Virus record (IMG/VR): IMGVR_UViG_3300042469_000981
Source of the DNA: a virus
Strand: one strand, 5' to 3'
DNA: 64,000 nt
Part shown: piece by piece, positions 27,001-35,400 of the stretch
Layout of the letters: each line of letters opens with the position of its first letter
Numbering within the stretch: the stretch's first letter is position 1
The notes under the pieces: model-generated
Databases searched by the model: none
Told to the model about the DNA's origin: nothing
What the model saw: the letters and a program-made list of their open reading frames with translations, nothing else
Translations under genes and position numbers: made by a program

Positions 27001-29039
27001 CTTTCTCCTGAAGAACCATTTGACCCTGATGAACCAGAAGTACCACTAGTACCAGAAGTTCCAGCACTTCCACTTGCCTGAGAAAGACCTGAGGTACCTG
27101 TTGATCCAGAACTACCTGAAGTTCCAGAAGTTGAAGATTGTCCACTATTACCCGCTGCTCCAGAAGAACCATTTGATCCACTAGATCCAGATGTACCTGA
27201 AGTACCGCTTGTACCAGAAGAATTAGATTGTCCACTACTACCTGCTAATCCAGAAGAACCGTTTGATCCAGAGGAACCACTAGTGCCTGAAGTTGAAGAT
27301 TGACCTGATGATCCATCTAACCCGCTTGAACCAGATGAACCGCTTGAGCCAGAAGATCCGCTTGTTCCACTAGTACCTGATGATTGAGATAGACCAGAAG
27401 TACCAGTTGATCCACTTGAACCTGAAGTACCAGAAGTACTTGATTGACCACTATTGCCTGCTACTCCAGATGAACCATTTGATCCAGAACTACCTGAAGT
27501 ACCTGAAGTTGAGGATTGACCTGATGAACCATCTGCTCCTGTTGAACCTGAAGATCCAGAAGAGCCACTGGTTCCTGAAGTTGAAGATTGTCCTGATGAG
27601 CCATTAATACCTGAAGAACCATTTGATCCACTAGATCCAGATGAGCCGCTTGAACCTGATGTTCCACTTGTTGAAGATATTCCTGAGCCTCCATCAACAC
27701 CAGAAGTACCTGAGCTGCCTGAGCTGCCTGAACTACCGCTTGTACCTGATGTACCGCTTGTTTGAGATAAACCATCAGTTCCGGCTGAACCATTTGAACC
27801 TGAAGAACCACTAGTTCCACTAGTACCAGAAGATTGTGATAGACCAGAAGTACCTGTACTACCGCTTGATCCAGAAGTACCTGATGTGCTTGATTGGCCG
27901 CTATTTCCAGCTACACCTGAAGATCCATTTGAACCTGAACTGCCTGAGGTACCAGAGGTAGATGATTGTCCTGATGAGCCATCTAATCCACTTGAACCTG
28001 AAGATCCAGATGAACCACTGGTTCCACTTGAACCTGATATTCCTGATGATCCATCTACTCCGCTTGAACCAGATGAGCCATTTGAGCCTGAAGAACCACT
28101 AGTTCCACTAGTGCCTGATGATTGAGATAAACCTGAAGTGCCTGTTGATCCACTTGATCCAGAAGTACCAGAAGTAGAAGATTGACCTGAGTTACCTGCT
28201 AAACCTGAGGAACCGCTTGAACCTGAACTACCTGATGAACCTGACGTTCCAGAAGAACCATCTTGTCCACTAGAACCAGATGAACCACTTGAGCCAGAAG
28301 ATCCTGAACTACCTGATGATCCACTTGTACCACTACTGCCATCATTACCACTTGAACCAGCAGAACCACTAGATCCAGAAGATCCACTTGTACCACTGAT
28401 TCCTGAAGATTGTGATAGACCAGAAGTACCAGTTGATCCACTTGAACCTGAAGTTCCTGAAGTAGATGATTGTCCACTATTACCTCCTGCTCCTGAAGAA
28501 CCATTTGATCCTGATGAACCAGAAGTTCCACTAGTACCTGAACTTCCTGAAGAACCACTTGAGCCGGATGTACCACTAGTTCCTCCACTTGTTCCTGAAG
28601 AACCTTCTACACCACTAGTTCCTGATGAACCTGTTGAGCCTGATGATCCACTTGTGCCTGCTGTTCCACTTGTACCTGAAGAGCCAGATATTCCTGAGGT
28701 ACCAGATGAACCTCCTGAAGTACCTGAACTTCCGCTTACACCAGAAGTACCATTTGACCCTGATAAACCACTTGAACCTGCTAATCCAGAAGAACCATTT
28801 GATCCAGATGTACCTGAAGTACCTGAGGTGCCTGATGTGCCTGCTGTTCCACTTCCGCCTCCGCCTCCTTGAACTAAAGATACAACACCATCATCGTTTA
28901 TAGTTAAAACGTAACCTTCCCAACCTTCAGTTACAATAGGTAAATTAAATTTATTAAAAGCTAATGACCTATCAAAAAAACCTCTACCTTGGTTTGGGTT
29001 GTCTAAACGATTATTACCTCTGTATCTGTTTTCGGCCAT
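24084..29039 (-). CDS. Giant Gly-Xaa-Yaa (GSS/GTS/GSN) repeat fibre protein
   Basis: 1651 aa; about 1500 aa of triplet repeats; C-terminal RLGIGTASPGYPLDVSG fibre module; own ATATTTATAC motif at 29052..29061. Confidence 0.8.
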   Translation of the reverse strand: MAENRYRGNNRLDNPNQGRGFFDRSLAFNKFNLPIVTEGWEGYVLTINDDGVVSLVQGGGGGSGTAGTSGTSGTSGTSGSNGSSGLAGSSGLSGSNGTSGVSGSSGTSGGSSGTSGISGSSGTSGTAGTSGSSGSTGSSGTSGVEGSSGTSGGTSGTSGSSGSSGSSGTSGTSGSSGSNGSSGAGGNSGQSSTSGTSGSSGSTGTSGLSQSSGISGTSGSSGSSGSAGSSGNDGSSGTSGSSGSSGSSGSSGSSGSSGQDGSSGTSGSSGSSGSSGSSGLAGNSGQSSTSGTSGSSGSTGTSGLSQSSGTSGTSGSSGSNGSSGSSGVDGSSGISGSSGTSGSSGSSGSSGLDGSSGQSSTSGTSGSSGSNGSSGVAGNSGQSSTSGTSGSSGSTGTSGLSQSSGTSGTSGSSGSNGSAGTDGLSQTSGTSGTSGSSGSSGSSGTSGVDGGSGISSTSGTSGSSGSSGSSGSNGSSGINGSSGQSSTSGTSGSSGSSGSTGADGSSGQSSTSGTSGSSGSNGSSGVAGNSGQSSTSGTSGSSGSTGTSGLSQSSGTSGTSGSSGSSGSSGSSGLDGSSGQSSTSGTSGSSGSNGSSGLAGSSGQSNSSGTSGTSGTSGSSGSNGSSGAAGNSGQSSTSGTSGSSGSTGTSGLSQASGSAGTSGTSGTSGSSGSNGSSGESSSSGTSGTSGSSGSNGSSGQSNTSGTSGSSGSSGSSGSSGSSGTSGLAGASGISNTSGTSGSAGSNGSAGASGSSSTSGTSGSSGSSGSSGSNGSSGVSSTSGSSGSSGSSGSSGVDGSSGQSASSGTSGSSGSNGSSGVAGNSGQSSTSGTSGSSGSTGTSGLSQNSGSSGTSGTSGTSGSAGSNGSAGASGTGNTSGTSGTSGSTGSNGSAGVSGSSNTSGTSGTSGSSGTSGIAGAAGLSAVSATSGTSGSSGSNGTAGASGSSSSSGTSGTSGSSGSSGSNGTSGNAGASGESFTSGSSGSSGSTGSSGTAGNSGQSNSSGTSGTSGSTGSNGSAGASGASQTSGSSGSSGSSGSTGTSGVDGGSGVSSTSGTSGSSGSTGSNGTAGPSGTSFTSGTSGSSGSTGSNGTAGPSGSSNTSGTSGSSGSTGSNGTAGPSGSSNTSGTSGSSGSSGSSGTSGLAGASGISNTSGTSGSAGSNGSSGAAGNSGASSTSGTSGTSGSTGSNGTAGPSGSSNTSGTSGTSGSTGSSGTAGNSGLSNTSGTSGSTGSNGTAGASGSSNTSGTSGSTGSNGTAGASGSSTTSGTSGTSGSSGTSGIAGAAGLSAVSATSGTSGSSGSNGTAGASGSSSSSGTSGSSGSTGSNGTAGPSGSSNTSGTSGSSGSTGSNGTAGPSGSSNTSGTSGSSGSSGSTGTSGVDGGSGVSSTSGTSGSSGSTGSNGTAGPSGSSNTSGTAGSSGSTGSNGTAGPSGSSNTSGTSGSSGSSGSSGTSGLAGASGLSNTSGTSGSAGSNGTAGASGSSNTSGTSGTNGSNGTSGAAGASGASQTSGTSGTSGSSGTSGIAGAAGLSAVSGTSGTSGSAGTSGLSFNGTSGISGGTFTNQPDYLVRTTSTTQIQSVSFLYADVTNSRLGIGTASPGYPLDVSGQINASTGYSIGAAPGYTGVINIPMNPPGTQNINVVGGIITGVF
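24360..28860 (-). repeat. 9-bp/tripeptide low-complexity repeat with higher-order units (e.g. 24-aa GSTGSNGTAGPSGSSNTSGTSGSS)
   Basis: Direct reading of translation and DNA (cctgaagtac/cctgatgaac-type units). Confidence 0.95.
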
Positions 29040-29087
29040 TCCTGTGTTTACGTATAAATATTAAAACTCTAGAGTTAATTTTTAACT

Positions 29088-29960
29088 TTAGTTAGTACTT
29101 GGTAGGTTTGAAGGAGGAATAGTAGTTTCTGTAGAGATAAATATTTGAGTTTTATTTGAAAATTTCTGTAATGCAGTTATATCTTTTTGTAATAGTTCTG
29201 GGATTATATATCCATTAATTTTAATACTAAATGTACTTCTTACTATACGTTCATCATCTTGAGATAATTCGGTTTGGAAGCCAAACGAATCAATCATTGC
29301 TTTAAATTGATAACGTTGAGGATCACCCCAGTAAGCATCTGAGGCATATTCCATTGATTCAACTATTTTATTTAGTTGTTCCACATAATAAGTAAATACA
29401 GCACATTCATATGTTACTGTTAAATAATCAGGCATTACAACAGCATAATATTCTTTTTGAGGAACACGATTGTTTAATACCTTAAAATTATCATAAGCAT
29501 TTTGTTGACTGTAACGTTTAGTAAACACACCAAAGTTATTTGGATTGTTAGCATCTAACTTATTAGCAATAGCTCTATTTTTAGTTATGTCTGTTCTTTT
29601 AAACATAATCAAAGGAGCCATAATTTTACCTTTTTGATCCCTGTAGTAACCATCTTTTTGATATGATTTCCACTTTTCAGGTGAACCATAGATTACAGGA
29701 ACAGGCAAACGAGAACCATTTTGTGTTACTGATGGTTGGATTACATTTTCAAAGTAATAGAATATAGCCTCATCAATATCTTGAATTCCAACACTAAATG
29801 GTTTAGTTGTATCACCTTTAAAAGTTGTATTTAAAGCTCTATTGTTAGTAGGGGTTGGGTTAAAATCATTAGGATTACCTGACTGTGAATAGGTAGGCAC
29901 ATGCTGCTCTTTTGAAAGCTGCTTTTGAGTTTTTGGTATGGGTTTTCTAACTTGAGCCAT
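29088..29960 (-). CDS. gp15: Tail terminator / sheath stabiliser (T4 gp15-like)
   Basis: 290 aa; VPVIYGSPEKW, PLIMFKRT, MPDYLTVTYECAVFTYYVEQLNKIVE; follows gp13/gp14. Confidence 0.7.
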   Translation of the reverse strand: MAQVRKPIPKTQKQLSKEQHVPTYSQSGNPNDFNPTPTNNRALNTTFKGDTTKPFSVGIQDIDEAIFYYFENVIQPSVTQNGSRLPVPVIYGSPEKWKSYQKDGYYRDQKGKIMAPLIMFKRTDITKNRAIANKLDANNPNNFGVFTKRYSQQNAYDNFKVLNNRVPQKEYYAVVMPDYLTVTYECAVFTYYVEQLNKIVESMEYASDAYWGDPQRYQFKAMIDSFGFQTELSQDDERIVRSTFSIKINGYIIPELLQKDITALQKFSNKTQIFISTETTIPPSNLPSTN

Positions 29961-30481
29961 TATAATCTTGATAATTCAATGTTAACTTTATCAGACGGAG
30001 TGTAGTGGGCGTTACATATAACAGAAACACTATAACCAAATTCGTTTAAGTCTGTTTCATATGGATTATTTCCATTACCATCTGTATAAGGATATTCAGG
30101 GTCTTTACCTACAAAGAATTGAGCTGTACTAACATTATCTATTTCCCAATATCCATTTTGGAACATAATAATATCTCCTATGTCTGGATAAACATTAGCG
30201 TCAACTAAATCATCTCGTAAAAATTTATAAGTAACATTCCATTTAAAATCAGCTCCAAAATCACTTACAGGATATTCAAACTGACTTGTAGCGATTAAAG
30301 CATATAATAAAACAGGGTCAGCGAAATTTCTTCCAGTAGATGCTTCACCATACATGTTTACTTTAGTAGTAGTACTATTGTATTTATAGAATACACACTG
30401 TTGTGAAATAATGTTCTGCATCAACTCTCGGTTGATGTATCTAAACATTGAAATATCTCTAGCCTGTCCAAATAATGCCAT
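29960..30481 (-). CDS. gp14: Neck/head-completion protein (T4 gp14-like)
   Basis: 173 aa; NMYGEA, YPDIGDIIMFQNGYWEIDNV; position between gp13-like and gp15-like genes. Confidence 0.65.
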   Translation of the reverse strand: MALFGQARDISMFRYINRELMQNIISQQCVFYKYNSTTTKVNMYGEASTGRNFADPVLLYALIATSQFEYPVSDFGADFKWNVTYKFLRDDLVDANVYPDIGDIIMFQNGYWEIDNVSTAQFFVGKDPEYPYTDGNGNNPYETDLNEFGYSVSVICNAHYTPSDKVNIELSRL

Positions 30482-31671
30482 TATCCTATAAAAATTGTCA
30501 TTGGTACATTACTAATTTCAGCTACTCGAGCTACTGATTCTGCTTGCCTTCTTTCAAGCAATGCTTGACGAGATGTTGAATCAAAGTATTCTCTTAACCG
30601 TGTTACTAAATTATCTTTTTCTGAAGTAGCAGCTGCTACTAAGGTATCACCATTTAATGTTACTTCAGCTCCTGGAATAGGGATTTGTGAGTATTTGTTA
30701 CGAGTATAGCCTAACATTTCTTTAGATAATGCTAAAGTATATTCAAATATCCAACTTCTACCTACAGAGTTAATATCATTATAGTTAGGGTTAGTATATG
30801 GTACATTTGAGGAATTAGAAATTTTACCAATACCATTTGTTACCGCTGAATCTAGCCTATCTTTTAACTTAATAAACTTAAATACTAAGTATTGACCATA
30901 GTATAAATCATCTTCACCACTAAATTCTCCACTAAAACCAGTACCAGGTACTGGGAATACCGAGATAATATTGTTTACAATATTAAAGCTATAGTTAGAT
31001 AAAGTTACAGTGTTTTGCATTTCAATTGCTTGAATGTTCTGTATAGTGTAACTTGTAGGCATCATTAAGTAGTTAGCATATCCATATCCAAACCCATAAA
31101 CACCAGCTGCTGGTACACCACCTAAACCTGCTCCACCCTGTCCAGACATGTATGGAGAGTACAATTGACTAATTGCTGGAGGTGATTCATAAAATACTTC
31201 TTTAATTTCAATACCACCTGTGATACTTTGAGATATAGCCCAATCTGCTAAATCATAAGATTGAACTCCTGGAATTAAGTCTAATCGGCCTTTAAACCAA
31301 GTTACATTACCGCCAGCTCCTGCTTCTTCACCATATTGTTGAGACAATCTAACAATATTAGCCATTGAAGGAGTAATAATACTATCGTTAATATCAATAG
31401 CTTGTGTCACACCTTCTAAAGATAAATAGTTATCTCTTAATTGGTATGCATATAATTCGTTACCATAAACTGTAGTTGCTTCTTCAAAAGCAGTGTAAAA
31501 GTTTATAGCTTGTAATTCTACGTTTTCGATAGGATAACCTAAACGAATAGCGCAAAACTTAGCTACTTTATCAGCATCAACTTGGAAATCATATTGATTA
31601 TCGTAAAAGCCAAAAGGTGTATCTCCAGGGAAAAATGATGATGAACCAGGCCAAATAGGAACGTTTGCCAT
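30481..31671 (-). CDS. gp13: Neck/head-tail adaptor (T4 gp13-like)
   Basis: 396 aa; RLGYPIENVEL, WIFEYTLALSKEMLGYTRNKYSQIPIPGAEVTLNGD, PMTIFIG end. Confidence 0.8.
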   Translation of the reverse strand: MANVPIWPGSSSFFPGDTPFGFYDNQYDFQVDADKVAKFCAIRLGYPIENVELQAINFYTAFEEATTVYGNELYAYQLRDNYLSLEGVTQAIDINDSIITPSMANIVRLSQQYGEEAGAGGNVTWFKGRLDLIPGVQSYDLADWAISQSITGGIEIKEVFYESPPAISQLYSPYMSGQGGAGLGGVPAAGVYGFGYGYANYLMMPTSYTIQNIQAIEMQNTVTLSNYSFNIVNNIISVFPVPGTGFSGEFSGEDDLYYGQYLVFKFIKLKDRLDSAVTNGIGKISNSSNVPYTNPNYNDINSVGRSWIFEYTLALSKEMLGYTRNKYSQIPIPGAEVTLNGDTLVAAATSEKDNLVTRLREYFDSTSRQALLERRQAESVARVAEISNVPMTIFIG

Positions 31672-31710
31672 ATTTTTTATTTATAAATATTAAAAAAGAA
31701 AGCAATAATT

Positions 31711-31890
31711 CTATCCTATCTGTTCTACTTTGTATTGTCTTCCTGTTGGGTCGTTTAATTGTAATTCAGCGGCTTTTAATTCTGCTTCTTTTAGATTATC
31801 ATAATCATAAATTGGATCGTCTGATTCTAGTTGGGCAACCCAGATATCATCTAGTCCAGGGATAAATTGCATAAATATTCTATAGATCAT
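31711..31890 (-). CDS. Small hypothetical protein absent from the ORF track (59 aa)
   Basis: MIYRIFMQFIPGLDDIWVAQLESDDPIYDYDNLKEAELKAAELQLNDPTGRQYKVEQIG*; fills the gap, starts 2 nt after the upstream stop. Confidence 0.75.
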   Translation of the reverse strand: MIYRIFMQFIPGLDDIWVAQLESDDPIYDYDNLKEAELKAAELQLNDPTGRQYKVEQIG

Positions 31891-31892
31891 AA

Positions 31893-32447
31893 TTAAACTT
31901 GATATGTTATATATCCTGAGAGTATACCACCTGTTGTGTTATTGTATAAAGATCTACCATTTAACCCAAAACCATTAGCACCTGAATTATAGTAATCTAA
32001 AGTAATTCTATCTTCACTACTAGCTACATACCCTTTAACTTGGGTACCTGCCGCACCTACACCTAATAAACTTCCTTCAGTAATTACTAAAGAAGAAAAT
32101 ACAGCAATACCGTTACTTGATGTATAAGGTAAATCATCAACAGTTCCTGTACCTGTGTTTGCTCCTGGAGTGTAGCCGGTTATTTCAATATCAAACCAAG
32201 CATGAATTACATTACCAACTCGAGTATAAACTCCTGTTTGAGTGATGTAGTTTACAGAGCCTAAATCATTGTTAGTAGTATCAAGGGTAGGAGTCCATGT
32301 ACCTTCTTCATAAAAATTTAAAGTAGTTTGTCCAAAATTAATTGATGAACCGGAAATTGCTCCGGATACATGAAGTTTAGTTCCGGGAGTTGCTGTACCA
32401 ACCCCTAAATTTCCTTTTCTGATTATAAAATCGTAATCTGTTGCCAT
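31893..32447 (-). CDS. Short tail-fibre-like protein
   Basis: 184 aa; GNLGVGTATPGTKLHVSG module plus FYEEGTWTPTL...GVYTRVGNVIHAWF fibre tip domain. Confidence 0.7.
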   Translation of the reverse strand: MATDYDFIIRKGNLGVGTATPGTKLHVSGAISGSSINFGQTTLNFYEEGTWTPTLDTTNNDLGSVNYITQTGVYTRVGNVIHAWFDIEITGYTPGANTGTGTVDDLPYTSSNGIAVFSSLVITEGSLLGVGAAGTQVKGYVASSEDRITLDYYNSGANGFGLNGRSLYNNTTGGILSGYITYQV

Positions 32448-32459
32448 AACTGTGTTTTA

Positions 32460-35400
32460 TTATAATGCTCTATATGCTGTTTTAATTTCCCAAGTTCCAC
32501 TTGCGATGTTTGCTGTTAATACTAAATTACCCCCTACAACAGAAGTTGAAAAATCTACGGGGGCTGTATTACCGATGTCAGCTGTGCTGGTGTCTGTATA
32601 TCGTGAGGTTGAATTATTTTGAACCGCCATTATTGTTCCCGCTCTCATACTTATTGACCCTGAGGCTACATAGTAATCAAAGAATGCTGCCTTAAATGAA
32701 CCTGTAGGTACAAAAGCAATGTTTGTATTTCCAGTAAGTGAACCTGAGAATGTTGTTGATTCAATGGTTGTTGTACCTTGGTTCTCTATTGCAATTGATC
32801 CTGAAACTTGAAGGTTATAGGATGGTGATGTAGTACCAATACCTATGTTACCTGCTGAGGTAATACGCATTCTTTCGGTCATTGCTCCTCCATTAGGTCT
32901 GGTATCTAAGGCCAAATAACTTGCAAAGTTCCCTGAGGTATTATTTTCTTTACCGCTTCTAACTCTTGCACCTGTAGCTGTTGTAGTACCACTATATGCT
33001 TGACCAAGAACTAATGCTGCTCCTGTATCTTGAGCAAAAGATGAATTTCCATATAAAGACAAAGTACCACCATCTCCATCAGTATTAGATACAGATGTTT
33101 GCACCACTTCTAGTTTTGGAACTACTCCTCCGTACCCTGCTTGAGATGTTGTATTTATTAATAATGACCCACCACTAGTAATACGCATTCTTTCGGTATT
33201 AGAAGTTTCAAATGACATATTTCCAGCAGCTGTATTAACTACAGATATGGAATTAGCAAGCGTTGTATTTCTGTTTAATAATATTTTGAAATCAGCTAAA
33301 GCACCATCTGTAGCTCTAAATATTTCAGCAATATTACTAGCCGCTGATGGTATATCTAAATGTAGTTTAGCAGCTGGAGTATTAGTACCAATACCTACAT
33401 TACCTCCATTGATAATATACATTGATCCGGTAAAATTACCTCCAGAATTAGATGAGAAACTATCACCAACTCCAAAAGCTAAGGTTCTGTTACCTGATGT
33501 AATAACGTTAGGACCCGCTATTCCTGCGCTATCATTATTTCCCATAATGATATATGAAGGACAACCACCACCAGCTGCTGGTGCTGCTAAAGATAAAGCT
33601 CCACTACTTCCAGGACCACAAACTCCATTAATATGAAGATTTGTTACAGGAGAAGCAATACCAATACCTACTCTACCTGATCCAGAAACAACTAAGTGGG
33701 CTGCTCCTTCAGAAGCACCGTTTGCTAAAATTTCAACTCCAACACCACTAGATCCCCTAACAATTAAATTATTACCGCTAGTGTCTGTAAATATATCAGA
33801 AACAATTGTTCCACTTTGTCTAAATCTAAGATATGGGTCTGAAGGATTATTAATGGCAATTCCACCACCTTCTACTTCTAATTTATCATCTGGACTAGTA
33901 GTACCAATACCTACGTTTCCTGAGTTAGTAACATAAAATAAACTACTAAAATTTTTATATACTGCAAAGGGAACACCTGTTGAACTTGCTCCGATATTAA
34001 CATACATACCATTTGCATTGGTAGTACCTAAATTATCTACACTAACTGCCCAATCTGAATTTAATGTGCCGCCTAAAATAGAAGCCCCATTGACTTGTAA
34101 TTTAGCACTAGGATTAGTAGTACCAATACCTACGTTACCTACATCGGTAATGCGCATACGTTCGGTAGCAGTTGAATTATTGTAAAACCGTAAAGCACCG
34201 CTTTCCCATAAAATAGTTGGATTAGCACTCCATAATTGAATATCATCCGTTAAACGAATTTTGCCTGCAACTTCAAGTTTTTGTGTTGGACTAGTAGTTC
34301 CAATACCTACGTTACCATTAGATCTAGCTACATATAATGAAGCTGAATTAGCTGTGTCAAAGTTAGGAGCAACTACAAAACCGGATTGTGTAGATGATGT
34401 AACGTGACCAAACCACATTAAATCATTAAAGCTTGGATCCTGTGCTCTAAAGCCCCAATACCCGTTGCTTCCGTCTCCAGCAGCTGGGGCTACTAAATTT
34501 ACAATAGCATAGTCACTACCTTTAAAGGTAGACATACCTTGTCCTGATACGTGAGAACCAGAAACAACTAATTTAGTAGATGGGGTAGTAGTACCAATAC
34601 CTACGTTACCGTTACCTAAAACTATAAATCTGGTTGTTCCACTATCTGTTGCAAATCCAGAGGATAAAGTTACTTCTGATCTAACTTGGAATGCTGTACC
34701 ATCGCCTCTAGTAGTTCCTACGGTAACACCAGAATTTGCACTTGAACCCCAACCATTAATAATACTAGTATAACTTGCATCTTGTTGGTCTGTAACTATT
34801 CTTAAACTTGGATTACCATTAATATCAGGCATCCATATACCAGGACTAGTTCCTGGATCAGAGTCAATTAAAAGAGTACCATTTCTTAAATGTAATTTTT
34901 CAGTTGGACTATCTGTTCCTATACCAACTCTTTGACTATTATCAATAGTCATAGCTGTTGTAGCACCATTGGTTTTAACTTGGAATTTTAAACCTCCAAT
35001 TGTAGGCCCTACACCACTTTGGTTCCAAAAATATGCGGCAGAAGCGTCTGCTGTAACTGAAGGATTTGAAGTTAATTTTAAAGCTCCGTCTACTTCAAGT
35101 TTTTGAGATGGACTAGTAGTACCAATACCTACACTACCGTTAGCATTGACTACAAATGCAGGGGTTGAATATGTTGTTCCTCCTATTGTTGTTGAAGGAG
35201 TAATTTCAAAAGTATTTGCTACATTGTACTGAGCTCCTAAAAGCCAGTTATAGAAAGTACCAGTACTAACATAGTATTCTAATCCAGCGTTTGAATTAGA
35301 ACTGTTATCCATTCTAATTCCTATATTAGATGATTTTACAGTTAGTGGTCTTGTTGGGCTAGTAGTACCAATACCTACGTTCCCACTAGCACTAATATAT

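Noticed and set aside
24583-28125. Long Pro/Glu-rich ORFs on the + strand (832 aa, 79 aa, others)
   Set aside because: Antisense shadows of the GSS repeat (TCA-GGT/ACT-TCA codons give PE/VP with no stops). They have no promoter or start context and oppose the operon direction.
24464-28588. Many LVLQVQ-type ORFs on the - strand in shifted frames
   Set aside because: Off-frame readings of the 9-bp repeat. The main frame is uninterrupted, so no frameshifting is needed.
24360-28860. Abundant N-G-S/T and N-T-S N-glycosylation sequons
   Set aside because: Expected automatically whenever Asn occurs in a G/S/T triplet repeat. No OST-like or N-glycosyltransferase gene recognised.
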